Assembly (NCBI GenBank): GCA_021819135.1
Contig: JAKASE010000006.1
Location: 18,165 to 82,164 of the forward strand
Source: Thermoplasmata archaeon
GTDB lineage: Archaea > Thermoplasmatota > Thermoplasmata > Lutacidiplasmatales > UBA184
Direction: 5' to 3'
DNA: 64,000 bases
Position 1 is the first letter of the stretch, and each line of letters opens with the position of its first letter. Both the position numbers and the translations under genes were made by a program. Under the pieces are notes generated by a model. It did not search any database and was not told where the DNA came from. It was given only the letters and a program-made list of their open reading frames with translations. Below, one piece after another: positions 30,315-39,453 of the stretch.

Positions 30315-32945
30315 ATGTCGGAGTCCGCCGCATCGACCCCGCTTCTCGAGCAGTACGAGGGCGTGAAGGCCCGCTACCCCGGCCACCTCGTCCTGTTCCG
30401 GGTCGGGGACTTCTACGAAACGTTCGGGGAGGACGCCCGCCTGCTCTCCCGGGAGCTCGACGTGGTCCTCACCGCCCGGGCCCCCGATACGCACGGCGAG
30501 CGGACCCCGATGGCGGGGGTCCCCCATCACGCGGTCGAGACCTACCTCGGTCGGCTCGTGAGGAAGGGGTACAAGGTCGCGCTCTGCGACCAGATGGAGG
30601 ACGCCCGGTTCGCGAAGGGGCTGGTGCGGCGCGAGGTGACCCGTGTCGTCACCCCCGGGACCGTCGTCGAGGACCGGATGCTGGGCGGGCCCGACCACAG
30701 CTTTCTCGTCAGCCTGACGAGCCCGCGTGTCGGCCCGGGACGGTTCGCCGCCGTCGACATCACCACGGGCGAGTGGTTCCGCGGCGAGGCGGACGGTCCC
30801 GGCGCGGAGGGGACCCTGTCGGCCGTCGCCCCGTTCCAGCCGAGGGAGATCCTCTATCCTCCTTCCGGCGGGTCGGCCCTCCTGACGGCGCTGCGGCACG
30901 AGTTCCCGACGGCCCGGCTCGAGCCCGCCCCGCCTCCGATCGCCCCCGAGGCTCTGCCGACCGCCCTCGCGAGCGCGCTCGGCGCGGCTCCGGCCTCCGT
31001 CCTCGAGGCCGACCTCACGCTCGCGGCGTACCTCCGGGCGACGCAGCCCCGGATCCTCCCACACCTCGCCCTGGTAGAGCGGGCCCGCGGGGGCCAGCGC
31101 CTCGTGCTCGATCCGAAGACCCTGCGCCATCTCGAGATCTCCCGGCCGATGAACCCGGACGATCCGGCGGGAGCGACGCTGCTCGGTGTCTGGGACGAGA
31201 GCGTGACCGCCTCCGGCCGCCGGACGCTTTCGTTCTGGCTGTCGAACCCCCTCGCCGACGTGAGGGCGATCGCCGAGCGGCAGGATTCGGTGGAGGCGTT
31301 GGTCGCCCGGGGTGCGTCGCTCGCCGAGGGGCGCGCGATCCTGCGGAAGGTCCCGGACCTCGCCCGCATCGCGACCCGGATCGCGAGCCGACGCGTCCGT
31401 CCGGTCGAGCTCGGGGTCCTGCGCGCCGGCCTGCGTTCGGCGAGCGACGCCCGCGCCTGGATCGGGAACGGACCCGGGTCGGCCCGCCTCGCCGCGCTCG
31501 CCGTGGAGCTTGAGGCCCCCCCGGAGCTCGCGCATCTGCTCGAGTCCGCCCTGCCCGATGCCTTTCCCCCGGGCGAGGAGGACGCCGAGCGCTTCCGCCC
31601 GGGTCATGCGCCGGACGTCGATCGCTGGCGGGCGGCCGAACGGACCGCGCTCGACGCGCTCGCCTCCCTCGAGAAGGAGGAGCAGGAGGCGACGGGGATC
31701 CGCACCCTCAAGATCGGCTACAACCAGGTCTTCGGCTACTACCTCGAGGTGACGAAGCCGCACCTCGCCCGGGTGCCCGAGCGGTTCCGGCGACGTCAGA
31801 CCGTCGCCCAGGCAGAGCGGTTCACCTCCGACCGGCTCGAGGAGGTCGAACGGCGGATCCTCGAGGCTCAGGAGGAGGCGGAGCAGGCCGAGGCGGCGCG
31901 CTGGGAGGAGCTTCTCTCGGCCCTCGACCGGCAGGTGGCGGCCGTTCATCGGATCTCCCGCGCGGTCGGCGAGCTGGACGCGCTCGGAACGTTCGCCCAC
32001 CTCGCCCAGACGCGGGGGTACGTCCGCCCGACGGTCGACGCGTCGACCGGGATCGTCATCCGGGACGGCCGCCACCCGGTCCTCGACCGGCTCCTCGGCG
32101 AATCGTTCGTGCCGAACGACACCGAGCTCGATGTCGCGACGCGCCGCATGATCGTGCTCACCGGCCCGAACATGTCGGGCAAGTCGACCTACATGCGCCA
32201 GGTCGGCCTGCTCGTGGTCCTCGCCCAGGCGGGGTCGTTCGTGCCGGCGCGCTTCGCCCGCATCGGCCTCGTGACCCAGCTGTTCACCCGGATGGGGTTC
32301 ACGGACGAGATCGGCCGCGGGAAGTCGAGCTTCATGGTGGAGATGACCGAGGTCGCCGAGATCCTCCGCCGGGCCGACCCCCGGGCGCTCGTCCTCCTCG
32401 ACGAGGTCGGACGCGGAACGAGCACCTTCGACGGGCTCGCGATCGCGTGGGCGACCCTGCGGCACCTGCACGACTCCGTCCGGGCCCGCTGCCTCCTCGC
32501 GACGCACTACCACCAGCTCACTGACCTCGTCCGGTCGCTATCGGCCGCCGCCAACGCCCACCTCGCGGTCGCCGAAGGGGCGGACGGGATCGTCTTCCTC
32601 CATCGCCTCGTCCCCGGCGCCACCGACCGCAGCTACGGCGTGCACGTCGCCCGCCTCGCCGGCGTCCCGGAGCCGGTGCTCGAGGAGGCCGAGCGCACCC
32701 TACGCCGGCTCGAGTCGGAGGGGGTCGGCCTCCGGCCGTCGCGGGCGGTCCGCGCCCGATCCCCGAAGTACACCCAGGCGGTCCTGGTTCCCGCGACCGA
32801 CCCCTCCTCCGACGGGGTGCGGACGGCCCTCGATGCGCTCGAGGTGGACCGACTCTCCCCCGAGGAGGCGCTCCGGGCGCTGCGGGAGCTCAAGCGGCGC
32901 GCCTCGACGGCCGACCCTGCGCCGGGGACGGAGCGCTCGTCGTGA
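30315..32945 (+). CDS. mutS: DNA mismatch repair protein MutS (MutS1)
   Basis: FRVGDFYETF (Phe-X-Glu), GPNMSGKS, SSFMVEM, DEVGRGTS, ATHYH, SYGVHVA; ATG 30315 lies 27 nt after cttatat. Confidence 0.96.
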   Translation: MSESAASTPLLEQYEGVKARYPGHLVLFRVGDFYETFGEDARLLSRELDVVLTARAPDTHGERTPMAGVPHHAVETYLGRLVRKGYKVALCDQMEDARFAKGLVRREVTRVVTPGTVVEDRMLGGPDHSFLVSLTSPRVGPGRFAAVDITTGEWFRGEADGPGAEGTLSAVAPFQPREILYPPSGGSALLTALRHEFPTARLEPAPPPIAPEALPTALASALGAAPASVLEADLTLAAYLRATQPRILPHLALVERARGGQRLVLDPKTLRHLEISRPMNPDDPAGATLLGVWDESVTASGRRTLSFWLSNPLADVRAIAERQDSVEALVARGASLAEGRAILRKVPDLARIATRIASRRVRPVELGVLRAGLRSASDARAWIGNGPGSARLAALAVELEAPPELAHLLESALPDAFPPGEEDAERFRPGHAPDVDRWRAAERTALDALASLEKEEQEATGIRTLKIGYNQVFGYYLEVTKPHLARVPERFRRRQTVAQAERFTSDRLEEVERRILEAQEEAEQAEAARWEELLSALDRQVAAVHRISRAVGELDALGTFAHLAQTRGYVRPTVDASTGIVIRDGRHPVLDRLLGESFVPNDTELDVATRRMIVLTGPNMSGKSTYMRQVGLLVVLAQAGSFVPARFARIGLVTQLFTRMGFTDEIGRGKSSFMVEMTEVAEILRRADPRALVLLDEVGRGTSTFDGLAIAWATLRHLHDSVRARCLLATHYHQLTDLVRSLSAAANAHLAVAEGADGIVFLHRLVPGATDRSYGVHVARLAGVPEPVLEEAERTLRRLESEGVGLRPSRAVRARSPKYTQAVLVPATDPSSDGVRTALDALEVDRLSPEEALRALRELKRRASTADPAPGTERSS

Positions 32946-34732
32946 ACGACCCCGGCCGGACCCCGCGTCGTCCGATCGGCCGTCTCTCCCCGGACACGGT
33001 CGAACGGATCGCCGCGGGGGAGGTCGTGGAGCGTCCGGCGTCGGTCGTGAAGGAGCTGGTCGAGAACGCCGTCGACGCCCGTGCCTCCACCGTGACCGTC
33101 CGGCTCACGAACGGGGGCCTTTCGAAGATCGAGGTCTCCGATGATGGGGAAGGAATCCCGCCGGACGAGCTCGATCTCGCTGTCGAGCGGCACGCGACAA
33201 GCAAGCTCGCGCCCGAGGGACCGATCGAGCGGATCGGGACGCTTGGGTTCCGCGGCGAGGCGCTGGCCGCGATCGCGACCGTCTCCCGTCTCCTCCTCCT
33301 CTCCCGACCGGCGGACCGGGACGGGGCCCAGGGGATCCGCGTGGTCGGGGGCCGAAGGACCGGACGCACGAAGGCCCCGCGGTCCGTGGGGACGACCGTC
33401 GAGGTCGCGGAGCTGTTCTTCAACACGCCGGCACGGCGCAAGTTCCTCCGGAGCCCCGCCTCCGAGCAGCTCGAGGTCGTCCGGGCGGTCGAGCGTCAGT
33501 ACCTCGCGCGCCCCACCGTCAGCCTGCGCCTCGAGTCCGAGGGGCGGGAGGTCGCGACGTACCCGGCGACGGGCGACCTCGCCGACGCCGCCGCGCGGGT
33601 CCTGGGGGTCGAGTTCCTGCACCGGTCGTTCGGTGTCGCGGGAGAAGTGCCGGGAGGCCGGGTCGTCGGTTTCCTGGGGCGGCCTCCCCTCGCCGGTGCG
33701 TCCACCGGCGGTCTCTACCTCGCGATCAACGGGAGACCGGTGACCTCCCGGCCGATCCAGCAGGCGGTGCGAGCGGCGTTCGGCGACTCCCTGCCGAGGG
33801 CCCGTTTCCCGGTCGGGGCATTGCACCTCGACCTCGCGCCGGAGCGGCTGGACGTCAACGTCCATCCGACGAAGCGCGAGGTCCGCGTGGCGGACGAACG
33901 GGCGGTAGCGGAGTCGCTACGGCGGACGATACGGGAGGCGCTCCTCACGTCGCCGGAAGTGGCCGAGGCCCCCCCGGGGGCGGGCGCCCCGTGGGGAGGG
34001 CCCGGGAGCTCGGTCCGACCGCCCGTTCCGGGGGCGGCGCCGGTCGGGGCGGCACCATCGGCCGCTTCGCGCCGGCCCGGGGAAGTCCGCACCCAGCGTC
34101 GGCTCGACGCCGGCGGGACCGAGAGCCGCCCCGTGACCGCCGGGGGAGAGCGACGATCCCCGCTCGTGCTCCTCGGCTGCCTCGATGCGCTCTACTGGGT
34201 CGCCGACTCCGGCGACGGGCTCGTCCTGGTCGACCAGCACGCGGCGAGCGAGCGCCTGCTCTACGAATCGCTGCGGTCCGGCCGACCGCTGGGCCGGCAG
34301 ACCCTGGTCGAGCCCCTCACGGTCGTGCTCACCGGGGCCGAGCGGGCCGCTCTGGCGGCGCACGCCGAGGAGGTCGAACGATCGGGATTCTCCGTCGAGC
34401 CGTTCGGCCCCGAGACCTACCGCGTCCGGTCCGTGCCGTCCTACCGCGGTCGACGGGTCCGGGCCGAGACGGTCACCGTCCTTCTGGACGAGCTCGCCCG
34501 CGGTGGCCGGCCGACCGTCGCCGAGGGGCTCCAGGAGCGTACCGCCGCCACCCTCGCCTGCCACGCGGCGATCCGCGCGGGCGACCCGGTGGCCGCCGAG
34601 GAGTTCGCCCGGGTCCTCGAAGCCCTCCACGCGCTCCCCGGGGCCCCGTCGACCTGCCCGCACGGACGCCCGATCATGGTCGGCGTCCCCCGCAGCCGCC
34701 TCGACCGCTGGTTCCTCCGGAGCGGTGGATGA
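32942..34732 (+). CDS. mutL: DNA mismatch repair protein MutL (endonuclease-type)
   Basis: IAAGEVVERPASVVKELVENA, GFRGEAL, DVNVHPTK, DQHAASERLLYE, ACH, CPHGRP. Confidence 0.96.
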   Translation: MNDPGRTPRRPIGRLSPDTVERIAAGEVVERPASVVKELVENAVDARASTVTVRLTNGGLSKIEVSDDGEGIPPDELDLAVERHATSKLAPEGPIERIGTLGFRGEALAAIATVSRLLLLSRPADRDGAQGIRVVGGRRTGRTKAPRSVGTTVEVAELFFNTPARRKFLRSPASEQLEVVRAVERQYLARPTVSLRLESEGREVATYPATGDLADAAARVLGVEFLHRSFGVAGEVPGGRVVGFLGRPPLAGASTGGLYLAINGRPVTSRPIQQAVRAAFGDSLPRARFPVGALHLDLAPERLDVNVHPTKREVRVADERAVAESLRRTIREALLTSPEVAEAPPGAGAPWGGPGSSVRPPVPGAAPVGAAPSAASRRPGEVRTQRRLDAGGTESRPVTAGGERRSPLVLLGCLDALYWVADSGDGLVLVDQHAASERLLYESLRSGRPLGRQTLVEPLTVVLTGAERAALAAHAEEVERSGFSVEPFGPETYRVRSVPSYRGRRVRAETVTVLLDELARGGRPTVAEGLQERTAATLACHAAIRAGDPVAAEEFARVLEALHALPGAPSTCPHGRPIMVGVPRSRLDRWFLRSGG

Positions 34733-35274
34733 GTCCGTCCCGCCGCCTCTCGGAGGCGGAGATCGTCCGGGTCGTCGCCCGCCACCTCGAGGCCGAAGGC
34801 TACGCGGTACGGGTGGACCCCGACGGCACCGACTACTTCGACCTTGTCGCCCGCCGCGGCCCGGAGATCGGCCTGATCGAGGCGAAGGTCGCGGATTCCC
34901 GGGAGGTCCTCGCGCAGGCCCTGCGACGCCGGGGATGGGGGGACTGGTCGGCGGTCGTCCTCGGCTCCCCGATCTCGGCCGCCCGGCTCGTGGGCCGGAC
35001 CGTGGGGACCCGGGCCGAGCCGGTCGGGGTCTGGAGCATCGACCGTGGCTCGGTGCGCGTGCACCGCGTCGCGCGACCGTGGGTGATCGCGGGAACGCCC
35101 GACCCGTACGAGACGCTGCGCGCCCGGTTCCGGCGCGTGCTGGACGCCCTCGACGCGCACGACCTGCCCGAGGGGGTCCGATGGGACGGGGTGGTCGGCG
35201 AGGTCCGCCGGGCGTCGGGCGGGCGCCGGTTCTCCGAGTGGCGGCTCGACGAGCCGGACCCGCGCGCTCCCTAG
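34729..35274 (+). CDS. PD-(D/E)XK nuclease-fold protein (Hjc/NucS-C-like)
   Basis: SE.E...HLEAEGY...FDLVA...LIEAK...AQ; ATGA overlap with the mutL stop. Confidence 0.7.
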   Translation: MSPSRRLSEAEIVRVVARHLEAEGYAVRVDPDGTDYFDLVARRGPEIGLIEAKVADSREVLAQALRRRGWGDWSAVVLGSPISAARLVGRTVGTRAEPVGVWSIDRGSVRVHRVARPWVIAGTPDPYETLRARFRRVLDALDAHDLPEGVRWDGVVGEVRRASGGRRFSEWRLDEPDPRAP

Positions 35275-36434
35275 CGCGACCGGCCGGACGGCGCGACCGC
35301 CTCGAGGACACGGGCCGGGTCGAAGCGCGTGGCGTACGCGCGCCCGTCCGAGACGGAAGCACGGATCGCCGCCGGGTCGGCGGCGAGCTCGGCCAGGGTC
35401 GAGGCGATGTCGCCCGGGTCGTCGGAGGGAGGAGTGTGCACCGCGCTCCGGGCGCGGTCGGGCAGCGTGGCCGACTCCGTCGCGACGACCGCGCATCCGC
35501 CGACCTGCGCGAAGATGAGGCCGGGGTCGAAGCCGGTGGAGCGGGGCACGAGGAGCGCGATGTCGGCGGCGGCGAAGCAGCTCGAGAACGTGGCCGGGTC
35601 CCGGGCCGGTACGGCGACCAGTCCCGGGTCGCTCGGCGAGTCGAGGCCCGCGACGATGAGCCGGACCCCCGGGAAGAGGGGTCGTATGCGGCGGAACCCT
35701 TCCCGGACCAGGTCGAGGCGCGCGTCCTCGGGACGCTCGGTGGCCGCCGGCGCGACGATCGTCGGAACATCCGGCGGGATCCCCAGCGCCGCCCGCGCCT
35801 TCTCCCGGGACGGCGGCTCGGGCAGCCTCGGGACGACCGGGGGCACCGTGCGGAGTCGGTCCGCCTCGATCCGGTGGGTGCGCCGGAGCGCCTCCCCGAT
35901 CTCGGGCCGCTCCACAACGAGGGTGTCCGCCTCGGTCAGGGCCTCGCGTTCGAGCCGGCGGATCGCCCGGCGGTCGCGCCAGCGGTCGATGCGATCCCCG
36001 AGACCGCCGACCGGGCCCGGCCCCTCCGAGTCGATCGCCTCCACCTCGAGCCGTCGGACGAAGGCGACGACGCGGGCGCGCCGGCCCGGCCGCCCCGGGA
36101 CCCCGAGGGCTCCGAGCCCGGCCGGGTCCCGAAGGACGAGCTCCGTGTCCTCCTGCAGCATCCGACCGGCGGCCCGCGCGAAGTCGGCCGCCTCGAGGGC
36201 GGCGCCCGGCCGACGGATCGGGTATCCGATCGGAACCCCGGTCACTCCCTCGGGGTCCGGACCTCCGAGGGTCCCCTTCGGGAAGAGGACCCGCACGGAG
36301 CCGCCGGCCGCGTGGGCGGCCGACGCGAGCGCCCACGCCGCGGCGATCGGGTCGTAGGGGTCCCGGGGCGCCGGACCGGCCGCCACGAGGTCGATCCGCC
36401 GGGACTCCATCGGCGCGCTCGCAGTCGCCGGCAA
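35271..36434 (-). CDS. Glycosyltransferase family 4-like (GT-B), divergent
   Basis: LERE...ADT, ADIALLVP..TGFD, AQVGGCAVVAT, DDP..IA. Confidence 0.7.
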   Translation of the reverse strand: MPATASAPMESRRIDLVAAGPAPRDPYDPIAAAWALASAAHAAGGSVRVLFPKGTLGGPDPEGVTGVPIGYPIRRPGAALEAADFARAAGRMLQEDTELVLRDPAGLGALGVPGRPGRRARVVAFVRRLEVEAIDSEGPGPVGGLGDRIDRWRDRRAIRRLEREALTEADTLVVERPEIGEALRRTHRIEADRLRTVPPVVPRLPEPPSREKARAALGIPPDVPTIVAPAATERPEDARLDLVREGFRRIRPLFPGVRLIVAGLDSPSDPGLVAVPARDPATFSSCFAAADIALLVPRSTGFDPGLIFAQVGGCAVVATESATLPDRARSAVHTPPSDDPGDIASTLAELAADPAAIRASVSDGRAYATRFDPARVLEAVAPSGRSR

Positions 36435-36474
36435 GCGAAAAACGTTCCGTCGCTCGGGACGTTCGGCGTCCGGG

Positions 36475-37983
36475 TCAGGCGGTGAGCCCGAGGTCCCGCA
36501 CGAACGAGTGTCCCGCGAGCCCGGAGGGAAGCGGCAGCCCCATCCCCTCGAGGATCGTCGGGGCGAGGTCGAGGAGGCTGAACGGGGTCGTCACCGAGCG
36601 CGGCGTCACCCCGTCCCCCGCCCCGATCAGGATCCCGTCCATCCGGTGGGTGCCGGTGCCGTAGAAGTACGTCGGGCGGTCGCGGATGAACGGCTGCGGA
36701 TAGCTGAAGTCCATCCTCGGCTCGGTGCACATGCCGTCGACGCGGATCAAGAGGGACGGACCCCGTCCGGTCGCGGCGTGGTAGAGGTCGGTCGGACCGA
36801 GGACCTCGATATGGGCATCCGGGAACGCTTCGAGGCGGGCCCGGATCTCCTTCAGGAGCTCCGCGCGGCGCTCGGGGGTGAGGTCGGGGTTGTACGGGTT
36901 GAGGTAGATCCCCTCGGGGACCGGATAGGAGAACGCGACCGTGCGCTTCCAGTCGATGCGGTTCGCCACCTCCTCGAAGGTCGTCCGACCCTTCACGAGC
37001 TCGGCGAGCTCGGCGCGCCGGCCGTCCCGGACGAAGTCGGCGAGCCGGCGGGTGATCGTCCGCGCGATGCCGAGGCGCTGGGAGTACAGGAGGCAGCGCG
37101 AGAGGAAGTTCCGCCGGCCGAGGCCCTCGCCCTCGCGGAAGATGAGGTAGCGCTGGTCGGCGAGCCACCGGTTCGTGAACAGCTCGGAGTGGATCGCGCC
37201 GTGTCCGTGGTCGCTGATGACGAGCGTGATCGTGGGTCCCCCGCCCGCGCGGAAGGCCCGGTCGACCTCCCGGCACGCCCGGTCCACGGCCCGCCAGAAT
37301 CCGAGGAGGTCCGCGCCGATCTCGGCGACGGGCCGGCTGAGCTCGGACCAGTGCTGGTGCTCCACGCGGTCGGTCTCGCGGAAGAGGGCGAAGAGGAAGT
37401 CCGGCCGGTGGTGCTCCGCGAGCGCCGCCGCCGCCCGCCCCCGGGTGAGGACGTCCCGGGTCGCGGTCTTGAGCCACTCCGTCCGCTCGTGGTCCCGGTA
37501 CGGTGGAAGCTCGCCGGGGTAGGCGCCTCCGATCGAGCTCTCGATCTCGGCGCGCACCTCCTTCGGGTACGTCGGGGAGTGCTCGGAGAACATGCCGGGA
37601 ACGACGAACCCGTGCAGGGCGTAGGGAGCGCTCACCGGGAAGTTGACGATGCCGACCGTCGCCCCCCAGCGCGAGAGCCGGTCCCAGAACGCCTCCGCGG
37701 GACGGAACGTCTGCACGACCTTCGATCGGCCGGGGCCCCCGTCCGGCTCGGTGAAGCCGTAGATCCCGAGCTCCCCCGGGTCCTTGCCGGTCGCGAACGA
37801 GTACCAGGCCGGGATCGTCTTCGCCGGGTAGACCGAGCGCAGGGGGGCCCGGACCCCTCGGTGGACGAGCGAGCGAAGGAACGGGAGCTCCCCCGCCTCC
37901 ATGAGCGGGTCCAGAAGGTCGAACGTTCCCCCGTCCAACCCCAGTACCAAGAAACGCCGCGAAGGTTGCTGCATGAAGGCCAT
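36475..37983 (-). CDS. Alkaline phosphatase superfamily protein (nucleotide pyrophosphatase/phosphodiesterase type)
   Basis: LGLDGG, T.PAW.SF.TGK.PG..GI.GF, DRVEH, VISDHG, GTH..DG, LDLAPTIL; start at ATG 37983 or 37974. Confidence 0.88.
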   Translation of the reverse strand: MAFMQQPSRRFLVLGLDGGTFDLLDPLMEAGELPFLRSLVHRGVRAPLRSVYPAKTIPAWYSFATGKDPGELGIYGFTEPDGGPGRSKVVQTFRPAEAFWDRLSRWGATVGIVNFPVSAPYALHGFVVPGMFSEHSPTYPKEVRAEIESSIGGAYPGELPPYRDHERTEWLKTATRDVLTRGRAAAALAEHHRPDFLFALFRETDRVEHQHWSELSRPVAEIGADLLGFWRAVDRACREVDRAFRAGGGPTITLVISDHGHGAIHSELFTNRWLADQRYLIFREGEGLGRRNFLSRCLLYSQRLGIARTITRRLADFVRDGRRAELAELVKGRTTFEEVANRIDWKRTVAFSYPVPEGIYLNPYNPDLTPERRAELLKEIRARLEAFPDAHIEVLGPTDLYHAATGRGPSLLIRVDGMCTEPRMDFSYPQPFIRDRPTYFYGTGTHRMDGILIGAGDGVTPRSVTTPFSLLDLAPTILEGMGLPLPSGLAGHSFVRDLGLTA

Positions 37984-38064
37984 CCGCCCGCGGACGGAGA
38001 ATGCCTCGACCAGCGGGACTCGCGTATAAAGTGTTTCGTCCTGCCGGGCCGTAGCTCTCGGCGA

Positions 38065-39395
38065 AGTGGTGTGTGGAAATCGGTAGACGGCGCCCCTGAC
38101 GGGACCGGCCATCAATAGGCACCTCCGCTCAAATACCTGCGGAGGGCGAGCTCATACGTCGCCCGACGGGTCTTGCGGGCCAGCAGCATCACGAGCTGGT
38201 TGAGCAGACCACTGCCCCAGCGTGCCCACTTCCGTTTGCACCGATCGGCGATCATTCCCATCACTCGCTCGGCTCCATTCGAGGTAGCCGGGAGCGAGAT
38301 CCCGTGCGCTGCCACCTCGGCGAAGACGACCAGCGCCTTCGCCTGCCGACGGACCCACTGCGCCGACCGAGGGCAGGCGCCTCGGTCGAGGCGCTGGGCC
38401 ACGGCCTCGAGCTCCGTCAGGGTGCTCCGCACCCGGTCGGTGATCGCCCACCACTCCTGCCGAAGCCGATGGTACTCGACCGAGTTCCTCAGGTGCGCCA
38501 AGAGGTTCCGCATCGGGGCGAGGATCGCCTCCCGGTCGAGGAGTCCCACGCCCTCCTCCTGGAGCGTGGCGCCCAGCGACCGAACGAAGTGTACGTGGCA
38601 CAGTTGGTGGAACTCGACCGGGTGGGCCATCAGTCCGAGATCGCCGTCGGTCACGAGGTGAGTGACCGTCTCGTGCTCGAGGACCGAGGCCGGAGTGCCC
38701 TCGACCTTCACCTCGGCGAGGTGGGCGTGATGGTCCGGGTCCATCGTGATCGCCACGTGGACCCCGACCTGGCGCACGCCCCTCTGCTGGCTCTTCACGA
38801 AGGTCGAGTCGGCCTCGTGAACGGAACGCGCGACCGGGGGCGGGGTGGACGGGGCGTGGAGCGCGTGCTTCACCCCCGGGGCGATCTCCTGCACGAAGTC
38901 CCAGATCGTGCGGCGAGGGACTCGGAGCCCGATCGTCCGCTCGATCGCCTCGGAGGCGTCCCCGAACGACGTGCGGGTGGCCATCTCCGCCGCCGCGGCT
39001 CGGAGCTCACGGGTGTAGCGCTTCTTCCCAAGACCGAGGGCCGTGAGGAGGGGAGAGAAGGTCTGTCCGTGCAGTCGGTCCTGGACCCGACGGGGGCGGA
39101 GGTCCGCCGTCCCGAGGTGCGTGACGAGCCGACGAGGGCGGGAACCATGGCCGACGAACCTCGGTCGCCCGTTCGGAAGGGTGAACCGACGGAGTTCCTC
39201 GAGGAGGAACACCTCCATCTCCTCGAAGACGGCGCGGAGGGCGTCAACTCCTCGGTGGTAGGCTTCGTTCAGCAGTCGGGTAAGCTCTATCGGTCGGATT
39301 TCCTCTATCTTCACGGGCCTCTCCTCCTGTTGGGTTCTTGCGGTTCCCACCAGGGGAGAGGTTCCCCCGCCGTCTACCTATTCTCGCACACTACC
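38065..39395 (-). mobile_element. Complete insertion sequence, ISH6-like (1331 bp)
   Basis: Imperfect 28-bp terminal inverted repeats (22/28 matches; shared core GGTAGACGGCG) and an 8-bp direct repeat CTCGGCGA at 38057-38064 and 39396-39403. Confidence 0.9.
38112..39350 (-). CDS. ISH6/UPF0236-like DDE transposase
   Basis: EADST, VTDGD, QLCHVHF, TSNGAERVM..I..R.K...W; lies inside the inverted repeats. Confidence 0.85.
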   Translation of the reverse strand: MGTARTQQEERPVKIEEIRPIELTRLLNEAYHRGVDALRAVFEEMEVFLLEELRRFTLPNGRPRFVGHGSRPRRLVTHLGTADLRPRRVQDRLHGQTFSPLLTALGLGKKRYTRELRAAAAEMATRTSFGDASEAIERTIGLRVPRRTIWDFVQEIAPGVKHALHAPSTPPPVARSVHEADSTFVKSQQRGVRQVGVHVAITMDPDHHAHLAEVKVEGTPASVLEHETVTHLVTDGDLGLMAHPVEFHQLCHVHFVRSLGATLQEEGVGLLDREAILAPMRNLLAHLRNSVEYHRLRQEWWAITDRVRSTLTELEAVAQRLDRGACPRSAQWVRRQAKALVVFAEVAAHGISLPATSNGAERVMGMIADRCKRKWARWGSGLLNQLVMLLARKTRRATYELALRRYLSGGAY

Positions 39396-39453
39396 CTCGG
39401 CGAGAGATGGGGAAGGGCGGCCCGTCCGGTGGAGGGCCGGATCGGCCGATCGA

